This document shows, one piece after another, positions 27,523 to 36,365 of a DNA stretch of 64,000 bases. Position numbers and translations under genes: made by a program. The DNA is from a virus: positions 105,743 through 169,742 of IMG/VR virus record IMGVR_UViG_3300032272_000002. The stretch is one strand, 5' to 3'. Under the pieces are notes generated by a model that was given only the letters and a program-made list of their open reading frames with translations, ran no database searches and was not told where the DNA came from. How positions within the stretch are numbered: the first letter of the stretch is position 1; every line of letters starts with the position of its first letter.

Positions 27523-30500
27523 TGGTCGTGCCCCGACTCTAGTGTGTCACACCATAAGAAGCCTCGCGTATCACGCACGCACCAGACTGGCTTGTAAATA
27601 CCTGGCTGAGTATATGCGTGGGTCGGATTGAAGGCTGTGGTTGTCTGCCCGTCATCAAACAGTAGAAGCTGCGTGGAGACGCCGACGCCAGGCGGTAGTG
27701 AATCTACGTTAGTATCAAAGTCAACGATCAGTGAGGCGTTACCGGAACGAGGTACGCCAGAGATTGTCACGATGACCTCGGGGATGCCAGAGGCCACATT
27801 GATAATGCGTGTGGCTGAATTGTGAATACCGTTAGAGTCAATCGCTTCAAACTTAGCGATGAAAATACCACTGCTGGCGTAGCGATGTTGGGTTGCATAA
27901 CAGCCCGCCCCACTTTCAGCCACACTGACTGTTGGCGATAGGTCACCAAACGTCCAGCGTGTCTGCGTGATAGACTTGCCCTGTAGGCCAGACGCCTTAC
28001 CGATGAAGTACTGGTTGAATGGAGGCACAAGTCCGGTAACGGTATCGCCAGGAATAATGATCCCAACCTCAGGCGGCTGTTCCGACTGAAACACAATCAG
28101 CTTCGCATCGAAGTCAGATGTATTTTCCTGTCTTGCTTCTAAGATAGCATCGAAGTCTTGAGCGGCGATGGCCTGCACGGTATACGAGGTGTCAAATTGT
28201 AGGTTACCCTGAAGGCCACCGAGCATCCAACCACCAATCATTCCAGACGCCTGAATACTACCTTGGATATAGCCGCCCAAGATGCCACTTCCGGGGGTAG
28301 AGCCAACAACGTATCCACCGATCATCCCAGAACCAACATCGCCACCACGCATCAGGCCGCCGAAGACGCCAGAGACAATCTCAGAGCCCGTTAGGTAACC
28401 ACCAATATGGCCAGAGCCAAAATCAAGACCTTGAACATAAGCACCGATATGACCAGTACCAAATACAACACCGGAAACAAAGCCGCCAATAATGCCGCTT
28501 ACTTGAATAGATCCATCTACGAATCCACCAACAATACCTGACCCAGTGTCTTGCCCCTGTAAATAACCAGCAACAATACCAGAACCAGTATCTTGACCAT
28601 GAACATAGCCACCAATAATACCGCTTGTCTCAGTGCCTACTGCGTTGTCAATACCGTTCATCGCAATGTATCTTACTTCGGGCTCTGTTAATACACGAGA
28701 GAAGTAACATACGTCTGTAAATACAGATTCCAAATCTGCCATGTTTGTTTGAAAGAACGTCCAGGGCGTCGTTTCCGACTGTTGATGCGTTTTGAATGTA
28801 ATCATCCTATGTGCTGGATTCAGTGGCACCTGAGGACGAATAGGAAGTCCATTAAATGGATTTTGTAATTGTTCTCCATCTGAAGCGTATGCATTAACTT
28901 TTTGTTGGTCAACAAGTACGCCATTTAAATACATGCGTAATCCACTGCCTTGATTTGGCTGAGGATCATAAACCCAACAATAGTGATCCCAAAAAGCTAC
29001 ACTTGGAGAAACTGACTGCCCCTGAGAGTATGTATTAAATGATCTTAGATCACTTGGCGAGTATGTGAATGGTACAACTTGAGCAGTAATCTGACCAGAC
29101 TTAGAAGTATTATTACCAGTATCTAGGTACATATTACCACCAAGTGAAATGGTCATCTTATATGATTCGTTGTCATCGCTATAGATTGCCCATCCACGAT
29201 CAGGTGAGCGGTCAGTAGCAGTAATAGTACCAGCCGTTGTGCTTGTTAGGGCACCATAGCACATAAATACATCAGCACCATTATTCGGCAAAGCAAAATT
29301 TCGTTTCGCCATTAGGAATCCAACAGAGAACCCCTCGTATGGTGTATCAAACGCTGCTCCAGACACGGCAAAAATAGGCAACTGATCCGTGGAATTAGCA
29401 GTTAGAGCAGAATCACTTTGAAAATGAAAGCCACTACACTGTACGCCCAGGTCTGAGTTGAGGTGAGGGCCGGGAATAGCACGAACAAGTTCTGCCGTTT
29501 CTACGCCCGTTTGTTCATTCTCCCAATAACGCTGAGCAATCGCGTCTAAATGATTAGCCTTAAAGCTTAGGTCCGTTGTGCCAGAGCCACCAGGGCTCTG
29601 AGTCATCTGGCCAACGTTTCCATCAAAACCATTAAATCTCCAGTAGCCTTCTAAATTACTATCGGCAATACTAACTTGTGTTGTTGGAAGCTGTGAAACA
29701 AAACCAGGAATAGATGGATTCTGAATACCACTAACAGCTAGTGCTTCTACTTCGCTCTTTTCGAAAATACCACGCATGATAAAAATTTCACGCATGTAAA
29801 TTTCACCTAAGCCAGCATCATCATCAACCGCCTCAATAATACTATCAGTACCCGCGTAGCCACCAAACTGCGGCAGCCAATTTGCCGTAGTGCCTGGTAA
29901 GGTAATATCTGACCAAAGATCTAAATCAGTAGCAGGACCACGACGAGCATTTACCTTTTCTCCATCAATCCAAAGCGTAATGTCAATAGGAGCCGAACCA
30001 ATAGTATACTGATTAAATGCATATGGCTCCGGAAACTTCATGTGGAATAAAACCTTATTAGGAATTCCATATGATAATGTTCCTGAAATCAGAGGTTCGT
30101 GTCCTGCGGCAGAATCTGTATTACGTGACGCAAAAACAATGGTAACGCCAGATGGTCCCGTCAAAGCATCAGCTCCTGCCGGATCTGGGTCAGTCGCATG
30201 AATGGATGTTAACATCGCATACAATTCACCATCCGAAGTGCCATCGCCCATGTCTCCTATATTGAAAATACGAGAATTGAAAAATCTTTGCTGGAGGTTG
30301 TCTGTTTGATCTGACATTTCAAGTGGCTGAATATTACCACTCGGCGTCACTTCGAATGAAACTAACCACTCGTGCATACTCTGTGGTTGCAATACCGGCG
30401 ACTCTGTAGCGGGACGATAACGGGCCGACAAATTAAACGGCGTATTCCGAACCGTGGCATTATTAGTATTATTAAAACTAGCAAATGTCGAAAAACCCTG

Positions 30501-32603
30501 CGTACAGAAAACGCCAGAAGTGATGCCTAAGTTGCCAAACGTCTGTTGAAGCTCGTCTGGTGCTCGTGTTTCACCAGTAAATAAATCAGTATATGCTGTA
30601 CCATCATTACGAAAAATAGTCTGGTCATTATTGTGCGGGAAAACTCTATCCCATTTAGTTTCACTATGACCTCGAACCAAATGTCCAAGCACAGGAGACA
30701 TAGAGCGTGCTCTATCTTCTGATGCAAACACATCGCCTAAATCAAATGTGTCACAAGGCCAATAACCAAGCAGGCGAGGATCGTGCGGGGTTCTCCATAG
30801 CGACGATGTAGTAATACCGCTTTGAGCCATTGCACGCATTTCATCAGCACGTACTGGTCTGGATAAAACTGCGGTAGCACCAATAGTAGAGCCAACACCG
30901 CCATCTCCAAACACGCCCTTGCTAGTTGCACTGTTTTGCAGATCATCTGTGACGCCATTCATGAACATGAGCGGATATCCACTACCGGCCAATTTATATA
31001 GCTGATCCTGTAAATCAAATTCTAATGTGCCACTTGCTGCTTCATACCCATCAACATAAAGAGCAACACCCATACTAGCTCGATCATAAATAAAACCGTA
31101 ATGAACATCCACGCCACGAGTCATGTCCCTGCCCTCAGCACGCATTAGGACACTATCTTCACCAAAGCCCCTAGGCCATACTTCTGCCGTTACATGGTCA
31201 CCACCATTGAAGGGGAAATAAGATAGGGCAAATCCCATTGAGGCCCCGGTAAGGCTCGTTGTCGTTCCAGAGGAATTAATGGAGGTGCCTACAGAACCCC
31301 AGCTAAACATCATGCACTCATCACGACCATTTGTTACGCCGCGAAGCTGAAAACGACCGGCAATCGTAAAGCCACCAGCGGCTTCTGCAATATCATAGCA
31401 AGCACCACTTGGCATTGCTAATTGATCGGAAGCTATAGAAGCATTAAAGTTTCTACTAGTGTTAAACGGTCCAGGGGCATTAGTCCACATGTTCTGATCG
31501 CCCGGATCTAATTGACTAGTTAAGTTGTAATGATTTGCACTAGCATCTACTGTGATATAATTTTTACCTTCATAATAAGCCACAAGATTAGAGTCAGTAA
31601 TCTCAATAGCTGTATTATGATCGTGTAAACCAATATCATATTGCAGGCCACCGCATTGGTGTAAGTCTAGTACTTCAGAGTCGCTTAAGACACGACGGAA
31701 ATGATAGACACCAGATACTAAATGACCCCAGCCGCTAGCAAACTCATAAGAATCGGTACTAGAAGCTCCATCGGTACCGGCCCCAAGGACAAGAGGATAA
31801 TTACCAACAATAGAACCTAGTACTAAGTCTTGAGTAGTTGTAGCCTGTGTTACTAGATTCCCATCTTTATAGAATTTAATAACATTGAAGTCACTATCAA
31901 CATATTCAAACGAAAATGTTAAGTGAGTATATCGTCCAGCCTCAATGGGCGAACTCATTCTAGCAACTTCGCCAAAAGCAACATCTACGTGTGCGTAACC
32001 CGCCAAAGTATGAGGGCCACCAAATTCAGAATTGTTAAATTGAGCAGCACCAGCAAGCTCACCTGATACGCCAATCCACCAACCGATATCAGCCCCAAAT
32101 TGTCCCATAACAGGATGAACACGAGCATTAAGTTTCTCCCACGGGTCTGTGGCACTGGGGAGCCATCCAGCAGACCCAACAACGTCAGTCCAACCGTCGC
32201 TCTGTGGGTATACCCAAACACCAGCAGTAAAGCCACTACCAGCAATAGTTTTACTTAGCGTATCATTTCTGTGGTGTCGAGAGCCATTACCTAAGACTAA
32301 AACATTAGAAAACGGATCACTCGCACCGGAAACAATTCTATCGTTTTCACCTCGTAACTTTAAACCACGATAAGTAACGCCTGATTCTAGATTGAAAACA
32401 ATCTCTTGACCAGGCCATGGGCTACTCATGGTATCAGTGGCGGGAGTGCCTTGTGAGTCGGCAACATGAACGTGCATATCAAATGATAGTCCACTGGGAT
32501 GACCGGCCCGAGCGGGAGAATAGTTCTTCCACGACGGAGCACCACTAGGCTCATGCAGAGGCCAGAAACCAACCAGGCTACCATCGTCGATTAAGTTAGA
32601 CAT
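27519..32603 (-). CDS. large tail adhesin/fibre: four LamG (ConA-like) domains, 14-aa Gly repeats, two PKD domains
   Basis: Four D..L.G[FY]W-like domain starts, each with LYVDG/MYLNG-type and R.L...EV-type motifs; C-terminal WTFGD...HRYASSG and FDDG...NPTHAYTQPG PKD signatures. Confidence 0.8.
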   Translation of the reverse strand: MSNLIDDGSLVGFWPLHEPSGAPSWKNYSPARAGHPSGLSFDMHVHVADSQGTPATDTMSSPWPGQEIVFNLESGVTYRGLKLRGENDRIVSGASDPFSNVLVLGNGSRHHRNDTLSKTIAGSGFTAGVWVYPQSDGWTDVVGSAGWLPSATDPWEKLNARVHPVMGQFGADIGWWIGVSGELAGAAQFNNSEFGGPHTLAGYAHVDVAFGEVARMSSPIEAGRYTHLTFSFEYVDSDFNVIKFYKDGNLVTQATTTQDLVLGSIVGNYPLVLGAGTDGASSTDSYEFASGWGHLVSGVYHFRRVLSDSEVLDLHQCGGLQYDIGLHDHNTAIEITDSNLVAYYEGKNYITVDASANHYNLTSQLDPGDQNMWTNAPGPFNTSRNFNASIASDQLAMPSGACYDIAEAAGGFTIAGRFQLRGVTNGRDECMMFSWGSVGTSINSSGTTTSLTGASMGFALSYFPFNGGDHVTAEVWPRGFGEDSVLMRAEGRDMTRGVDVHYGFIYDRASMGVALYVDGYEAASGTLEFDLQDQLYKLAGSGYPLMFMNGVTDDLQNSATSKGVFGDGGVGSTIGATAVLSRPVRADEMRAMAQSGITTSSLWRTPHDPRLLGYWPCDTFDLGDVFASEDRARSMSPVLGHLVRGHSETKWDRVFPHNNDQTIFRNDGTAYTDLFTGETRAPDELQQTFGNLGITSGVFCTQGFSTFASFNNTNNATVRNTPFNLSARYRPATESPVLQPQSMHEWLVSFEVTPSGNIQPLEMSDQTDNLQQRFFNSRIFNIGDMGDGTSDGELYAMLTSIHATDPDPAGADALTGPSGVTIVFASRNTDSAAGHEPLISGTLSYGIPNKVLFHMKFPEPYAFNQYTIGSAPIDITLWIDGEKVNARRGPATDLDLWSDITLPGTTANWLPQFGGYAGTDSIIEAVDDDAGLGEIYMREIFIMRGIFEKSEVEALAVSGIQNPSIPGFVSQLPTTQVSIADSNLEGYWRFNGFDGNVGQMTQSPGGSGTTDLSFKANHLDAIAQRYWENEQTGVETAELVRAIPGPHLNSDLGVQCSGFHFQSDSALTANSTDQLPIFAVSGAAFDTPYEGFSVGFLMAKRNFALPNNGADVFMCYGALTSTTAGTITATDRSPDRGWAIYSDDNESYKMTISLGGNMYLDTGNNTSKSGQITAQVVPFTYSPSDLRSFNTYSQGQSVSPSVAFWDHYCWVYDPQPNQGSGLRMYLNGVLVDQQKVNAYASDGEQLQNPFNGLPIRPQVPLNPAHRMITFKTHQQSETTPWTFFQTNMADLESVFTDVCYFSRVLTEPEVRYIAMNGIDNAVGTETSGIIGGYVHGQDTGSGIVAGYLQGQDTGSGIVGGFVDGSIQVSGIIGGFVSGVVFGTGHIGAYVQGLDFGSGHIGGYLTGSEIVSGVFGGLMRGGDVGSGMIGGYVVGSTPGSGILGGYIQGSIQASGMIGGWMLGGLQGNLQFDTSYTVQAIAAQDFDAILEARQENTSDFDAKLIVFQSEQPPEVGIIIPGDTVTGLVPPFNQYFIGKASGLQGKSITQTRWTFGDLSPTVSVAESGAGCYATQHRYASSGIFIAKFEAIDSNGIHNSATRIINVASGIPEVIVTISGVPRSGNASLIVDFDTNVDSLPPGVGVSTQLLLFDDGQTTTAFNPTHAYTQPGIYKPVWCVRDTRGFLWCDTLESGHDQ
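28206..28625 (-). repeat. ten tandem 14-aa (42-nt) degenerate repeats, SG(I/M/H/V)xGG(Y/F)xxGxxxx
   Basis: SGIIGGYVHGQDTG / SGIVAGYLQGQDTG / SGIVGGFVDGSIQV / ... / SGMIGGWMLGGLQG read directly from the translation. Confidence 0.92.
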
Positions 32604-33081
32604 TCACTTGCTCCATGACCTTGTGTTCTCCTGTAAACGGAGAAATACGATAACGCTTGACGACGTTGCCGCCACCATCAATCACGTCGAGGTTAACAAA
32701 TAGATAGCGAGCATCTTCGATAGGATTCTTGCTCACCAACCATCCGTGACTCTTCCCTTCCATGTCTAGAGGATAGTACTCTGTAATCCAGCAATGCAAA
32801 TCTGCTGGTGTCCAGTCCTCTGGCGACAATAGGGCGTCACCCTCAAAAGTGTCTTCTAGTGTACGGAACGCTTTGAAGCTACAGCGGTCGGGGTCCTCGT
32901 GAGGGCCTGGTAAATGAGTGATAAAACCCTCGTACACTACGACATCATTAGAGCCCGTGCCACCTAGGCGGAATGTCTCATCATCAGATTTTTCACATCT
33001 GATACGACGCTCCTGCCCAAAGTGGGTCTTAATATATAACGTGCCGACGTTACCGTCGTGCTCAAATTTCGCAGTTACCAT
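32596..33081 (-). CDS. hypothetical protein (possible tail fibre-associated factor)
   Basis: 161-aa ORF behind a TTAGTGTA motif, overlapping the start of the adhesin gene. Confidence 0.75.
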   Translation of the reverse strand: MVTAKFEHDGNVGTLYIKTHFGQERRIRCEKSDDETFRLGGTGSNDVVVYEGFITHLPGPHEDPDRCSFKAFRTLEDTFEGDALLSPEDWTPADLHCWITEYYPLDMEGKSHGWLVSKNPIEDARYLFVNLDVIDGGGNVVKRYRISPFTGEHKVMEQVNV

Positions 33082-33129
33082 TTTTACCTTACTCCCGAGA
33101 CTAAACCGAAGCTATGCCTCGTAAGAGAT

Positions 33130-33137
33130 TACACTAA
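33130..33137 (-). promoter_or_regulatory. TTAGTGTA candidate late promoter (copy 2)
   Basis: TTAGTG-TAATCT, fused to the U-tract of the upstream terminator. Confidence 0.7.
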
Positions 33138-33168
33138 AAAAGCCGCCTGGTCGCAAGACCAGACGGCT
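33136..33168 (-). terminator. Rho-independent terminator
   Basis: AGCCGTCTGGTC-ttgc-GACCAGGCGGCT then TTTTT; a second hairpin, TGAGCC-tttt-GGCTCA, lies at 33176-33191. Confidence 0.88.
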
Positions 33169-33196
33169 TAGATTATGAGCCAAAAGGCTCAGTCAC

Positions 33197-33382
33197 TTAG
33201 GTAAGCAGAGTGAACGGCTCGCCAGCAGTGACGGTCACACCAAGATTCTGAACTGACTGAACTAAGCCGTGAAGGGCAGTGCCCGTAACCGCACGGTCAG
33301 TGCGATATTCCAGCGTAGTACTCCAGCCCCAAAGAACTTGGTTGACGTTGTTAGTACTAGATGTAGCGTTAAAAGTTGCCAT
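33197..33382 (-). CDS. 61-aa protein in its own transcription unit
   Basis: Perfect AAGGAGGT Shine-Dalgarno; flanked by a promoter motif and a terminator. Confidence 0.8.
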   Translation of the reverse strand: MATFNATSSTNNVNQVLWGWSTTLEYRTDRAVTGTALHGLVQSVQNLGVTVTAGEPFTLLT

Positions 33383-33453
33383 TTTGTCAACCTCCTTAAA
33401 ATTATCTACGAACGTTCGGATATATGTGGTCGCAAAACGACCCTGAAAGAGAA

Positions 33454-33461
33454 TACACTAA
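33454..33461 (-). promoter_or_regulatory. TTAGTGTA candidate late promoter (copy 3)
   Basis: TTAGTG-TATTCT followed by a 5' hairpin GGTCG-ttttg-CGACC. Confidence 0.7.
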
Positions 33462-33462
33462 C

Positions 33463-34107
33463 TTAAGGTGCTCCGAACTGTAAAAGGTAGTCGTTGTTAT
33501 AAAAATTAAACAACAGACCTAGACGCACGATACCTGAGCCACAGATGCCATACTCGCCCAGCGGGAATCCCCACGGAACAACTAAATTTAAATACACAAA
33601 CTGAGAGGCATTCTGGTCGTCATTACTGATGAGAACCTGGGCCCCATCCTGCCTGATGACATTCGGATTAGCTGGAATACTCGTCGTGAGACGTTCACCC
33701 TCTCCCGAGCCCCACACTGGGTTGGGCTGCCAGGTGCCACTCGCACGAAACTGAAGAAAGGCGGGATCTTGACCAACGCTATTGGCTGGGATAGTAAGTC
33801 CTGTATCGTCTGCGAGATATAGCTTTAAATCAGAAATACCAGAACCAGTGCCCCCGACACCAATCGTAAGGGCAGTAATCTTAGATCCCTTATTATCGGG
33901 TGGTACGCCATTAACGATCTCAAATTTTAACCCTTCGAATACGATGGTTCCTGATGTGCCACCTGGGTTTGCCGACGACGCAGTAGAGCAGCCTAGGGCC
34001 ACCCTCTGTTTGAACGCAAATGAGCCACCCGGAATATGCCGCGTCCCAACAGGACTGGCAACCTCCGCTGTGTCATACTCAAAGATACGTACGTCAGGCT
34101 GTGTCAT
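33463..34107 (-). CDS. putative virion protein, paralogue of 34288..34848
   Basis: Shares PDV...P.G.R.I.GG and D...SQ[FY]V.L...V...P.G.YG..G.G motifs with 34288..34848. Confidence 0.75.
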   Translation of the reverse strand: MTQPDVRIFEYDTAEVASPVGTRHIPGGSFAFKQRVALGCSTASSANPGGTSGTIVFEGLKFEIVNGVPPDNKGSKITALTIGVGGTGSGISDLKLYLADDTGLTIPANSVGQDPAFLQFRASGTWQPNPVWGSGEGERLTTSIPANPNVIRQDGAQVLISNDDQNASQFVYLNLVVPWGFPLGEYGICGSGIVRLGLLFNFYNNDYLLQFGAP

Positions 34108-34301
34108 TCTTTAATTACGTGCTTTTTCTCTAGGTCTAGCTGTAGTGCTTGAGGAACAGGCATCCAACGCCCGGCGAGACGCCGCACGAAAACAACTCGA
34201 TCTCCTACGACCATTGCTCGTACCCCCTTAGGAAGACAGTCTTTGGCCTTCTCTTCACGGGTCTCTTCCACAGACTTTAAATTGATTTTATGAGAAGTCA
34301 T
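34104..34301 (-). CDS. small hypothetical protein
   Basis: Fills the gap between the paralogues; ATGA overlap with the next gene; start estimated at 34301. Confidence 0.55.
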   Translation of the reverse strand: MTSHKINLKSVEETREEKAKDCLPKGVRAMVVGDRVVFVRRLAGRWMPVPQALQLDLEKKHVIKE

Positions 34302-34848
34302 AGAATAACCTATATCTGAAGCTACCGGCTCCAGCTCCACCATATGTACCGACCGGAACATTATTACTTACTTCAACTGCAAGGTGTACATACTGGCTCA
34401 CATCATTGTCGAGCACACCACTCAGCCACGGCTGACCTAACGGGAACTGTGGCTCCTGAATAGTACCAGAAAGATTAGTCGTGTTGGGAACAACGGTCGG
34501 AGTATTGTCCGCAGATGGGGTAAGGGTTAAGCCTGGCTGGAAATGAATGTGCTTTTCTTCTAGGAATCGATATGTGCCAGCACCCCAGGCGGATGTACTA
34601 ATAAGGAAGAACCTCATATTGAAGACGCCGCTGGCGTCACCAAAACTATTCACTCTGGCATACGTCAGCTTAGTATCTGTAATCGCACCAGATCCAGTAG
34701 TGTTGATACTGCCAAAATCTAGCTCTTCGGTTGCGGCAGTACCCAACAGCTTCAAGAAGCCAGCACCGCCACTCAGAATGTCGCGACTTCCCGAAGGGTC
34801 TGTGCTAGGGTCCTGCTGAATCCATTGTACGTCGGGAACGTTAACCAT
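34288..34848 (-). CDS. putative virion protein, paralogue of 33463..34107
   Basis: Shared motifs as above; TAATG coupling with the upstream gene. Confidence 0.75.
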   Translation of the reverse strand: MVNVPDVQWIQQDPSTDPSGSRDILSGGAGFLKLLGTAATEELDFGSINTTGSGAITDTKLTYARVNSFGDASGVFNMRFFLISTSAWGAGTYRFLEEKHIHFQPGLTLTPSADNTPTVVPNTTNLSGTIQEPQFPLGQPWLSGVLDNDVSQYVHLAVEVSNNVPVGTYGGAGAGSFRYRLFYDFS

Positions 34849-36362
34849 TATAGAGACCTCAGACTGATATCAGAGTTGACATCCGGCACGTTCGCCAATT
34901 CAACTGTGAAGGTAAATGATACTGTAGCATCACATGTTAGATCAGTGTCACTAAATGTCTGCTGTAATCCTCCGGGCGGAATTCGAATAGTGATGAAGTT
35001 GGCAGGGTTCGCATGAGCCGTCTTCAATCTGTTTAATTCATCTTGAACGAAGCTGATAGCACGGTTTGTATCCACGGTAGTATTGCCAGTATTTTTAGCC
35101 TGGACAGTACACTGAATAGCAATCGTGCCTTCAGATGTTGTTTTAATATCTTGAATAATAGGGCCGAGCGAACGGAACGGAATAGCTTGGCTCGCCTGCA
35201 CTCGTCCCGCCTCTGTGATCGCTACGCTACACGTTCTATTGGAAATGCCACTCGGTAGGTTAGCTGATGGGTCATCTGTATACGTTACAGAGAAACTGAT
35301 TGTACCACGACACTTGTTCTGTGAAATGGAGAAAGCAGTAGGATTAACTACGTTCAGCCCGCTACCGCTTGGGTTATCCTTGTACTTAAGATATACGCCT
35401 GAAGCGTCAGATGGAAGGAGCGGCTTGATTTGATTGGTAAAGCCCGAGCAGGCTCGATCAAATCCGAAACCACCCTCAAGACCAAAGCCTGGAGTAATCG
35501 TTCTACCAAGTCCTTGAACTGTTCCCTGCACTGTTACTGTGGCTACACCATCCTGGTCTTCATCGAATGACTCCGTACGAGCTGTGAAGTAAAATGGAAC
35601 ACCACTGACAATAGTAAATACCTCAGTGACAGAGTACGTGCCGTTGGCGATATCCGCCACTTCTTCTCTCTGGACAGATACCTCAAAGACTGGGCCGCCT
35701 GCCGGATTAGATGGGTGGACGAGGCCGAAGAGTCCAGACGCATTAGGCTGCACAAAGCATGGAAGCTGAATGGGCAGATTCTCGATGCCCAGCAGAGGCT
35801 TGACCGCAGCAAGGGCCTGCTCAAATTTGTCAGGCTCACCATCCGGCCCCTCGGCAGATACTTGATGACTAACCTCTACAGTGCAGCTTTCACCGTCTTC
35901 TCTGAATGACCACTGATTGCTGAGGCTAGACGTAATTCCGCTGACACCGGACGCGGCAGTCAAATCCTCTAGTTCCACACTATAGTCAATACGGTTGACC
36001 TGGATGTCAGGGGCGATATTGAGTGAGCGAACCTTGGGCGTCAGGCCAGAGCAGATAATCGTATCCTCTGCCAGAGTCTTGTTGCCAGGACCAGCAAGGA
36101 TCAGGAAGTCTTGATCGTCAACTGAGAAAGCCGTGCGAAGCTGTTCTTGCTTCACGTACATCTGCTCATAACTACCGGACGGTACAACTAGAATGCTACC
36201 AGTTAATGAAATAGATGTAACTACGCTAGTTCTAGTGCCAGCATCATTGAACTGAGGCTCCTCGGTAAAATCGACCAGCGGTGCAGGCGTAAGCTGACAT
36301 CCGTTATAGATAACCTTAACGGCAGCTAGATTCGGAGTGTTAGCTTCTGAGAATACGTTCAT
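34848..36362 (-). CDS. putative distal tail protein
   Basis: Immediately downstream of the tape measure gene; beta-rich with internal pseudo-repeats (ISLTG, VSAEG, VTVQGTVQG). Confidence 0.65.
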   Translation of the reverse strand: MNVFSEANTPNLAAVKVIYNGCQLTPAPLVDFTEEPQFNDAGTRTSVVTSISLTGSILVVPSGSYEQMYVKQEQLRTAFSVDDQDFLILAGPGNKTLAEDTIICSGLTPKVRSLNIAPDIQVNRIDYSVELEDLTAASGVSGITSSLSNQWSFREDGESCTVEVSHQVSAEGPDGEPDKFEQALAAVKPLLGIENLPIQLPCFVQPNASGLFGLVHPSNPAGGPVFEVSVQREEVADIANGTYSVTEVFTIVSGVPFYFTARTESFDEDQDGVATVTVQGTVQGLGRTITPGFGLEGGFGFDRACSGFTNQIKPLLPSDASGVYLKYKDNPSGSGLNVVNPTAFSISQNKCRGTISFSVTYTDDPSANLPSGISNRTCSVAITEAGRVQASQAIPFRSLGPIIQDIKTTSEGTIAIQCTVQAKNTGNTTVDTNRAISFVQDELNRLKTAHANPANFITIRIPPGGLQQTFSDTDLTCDATVSFTFTVELANVPDVNSDISLRSL

Positions 36363-36365
36363 TTG

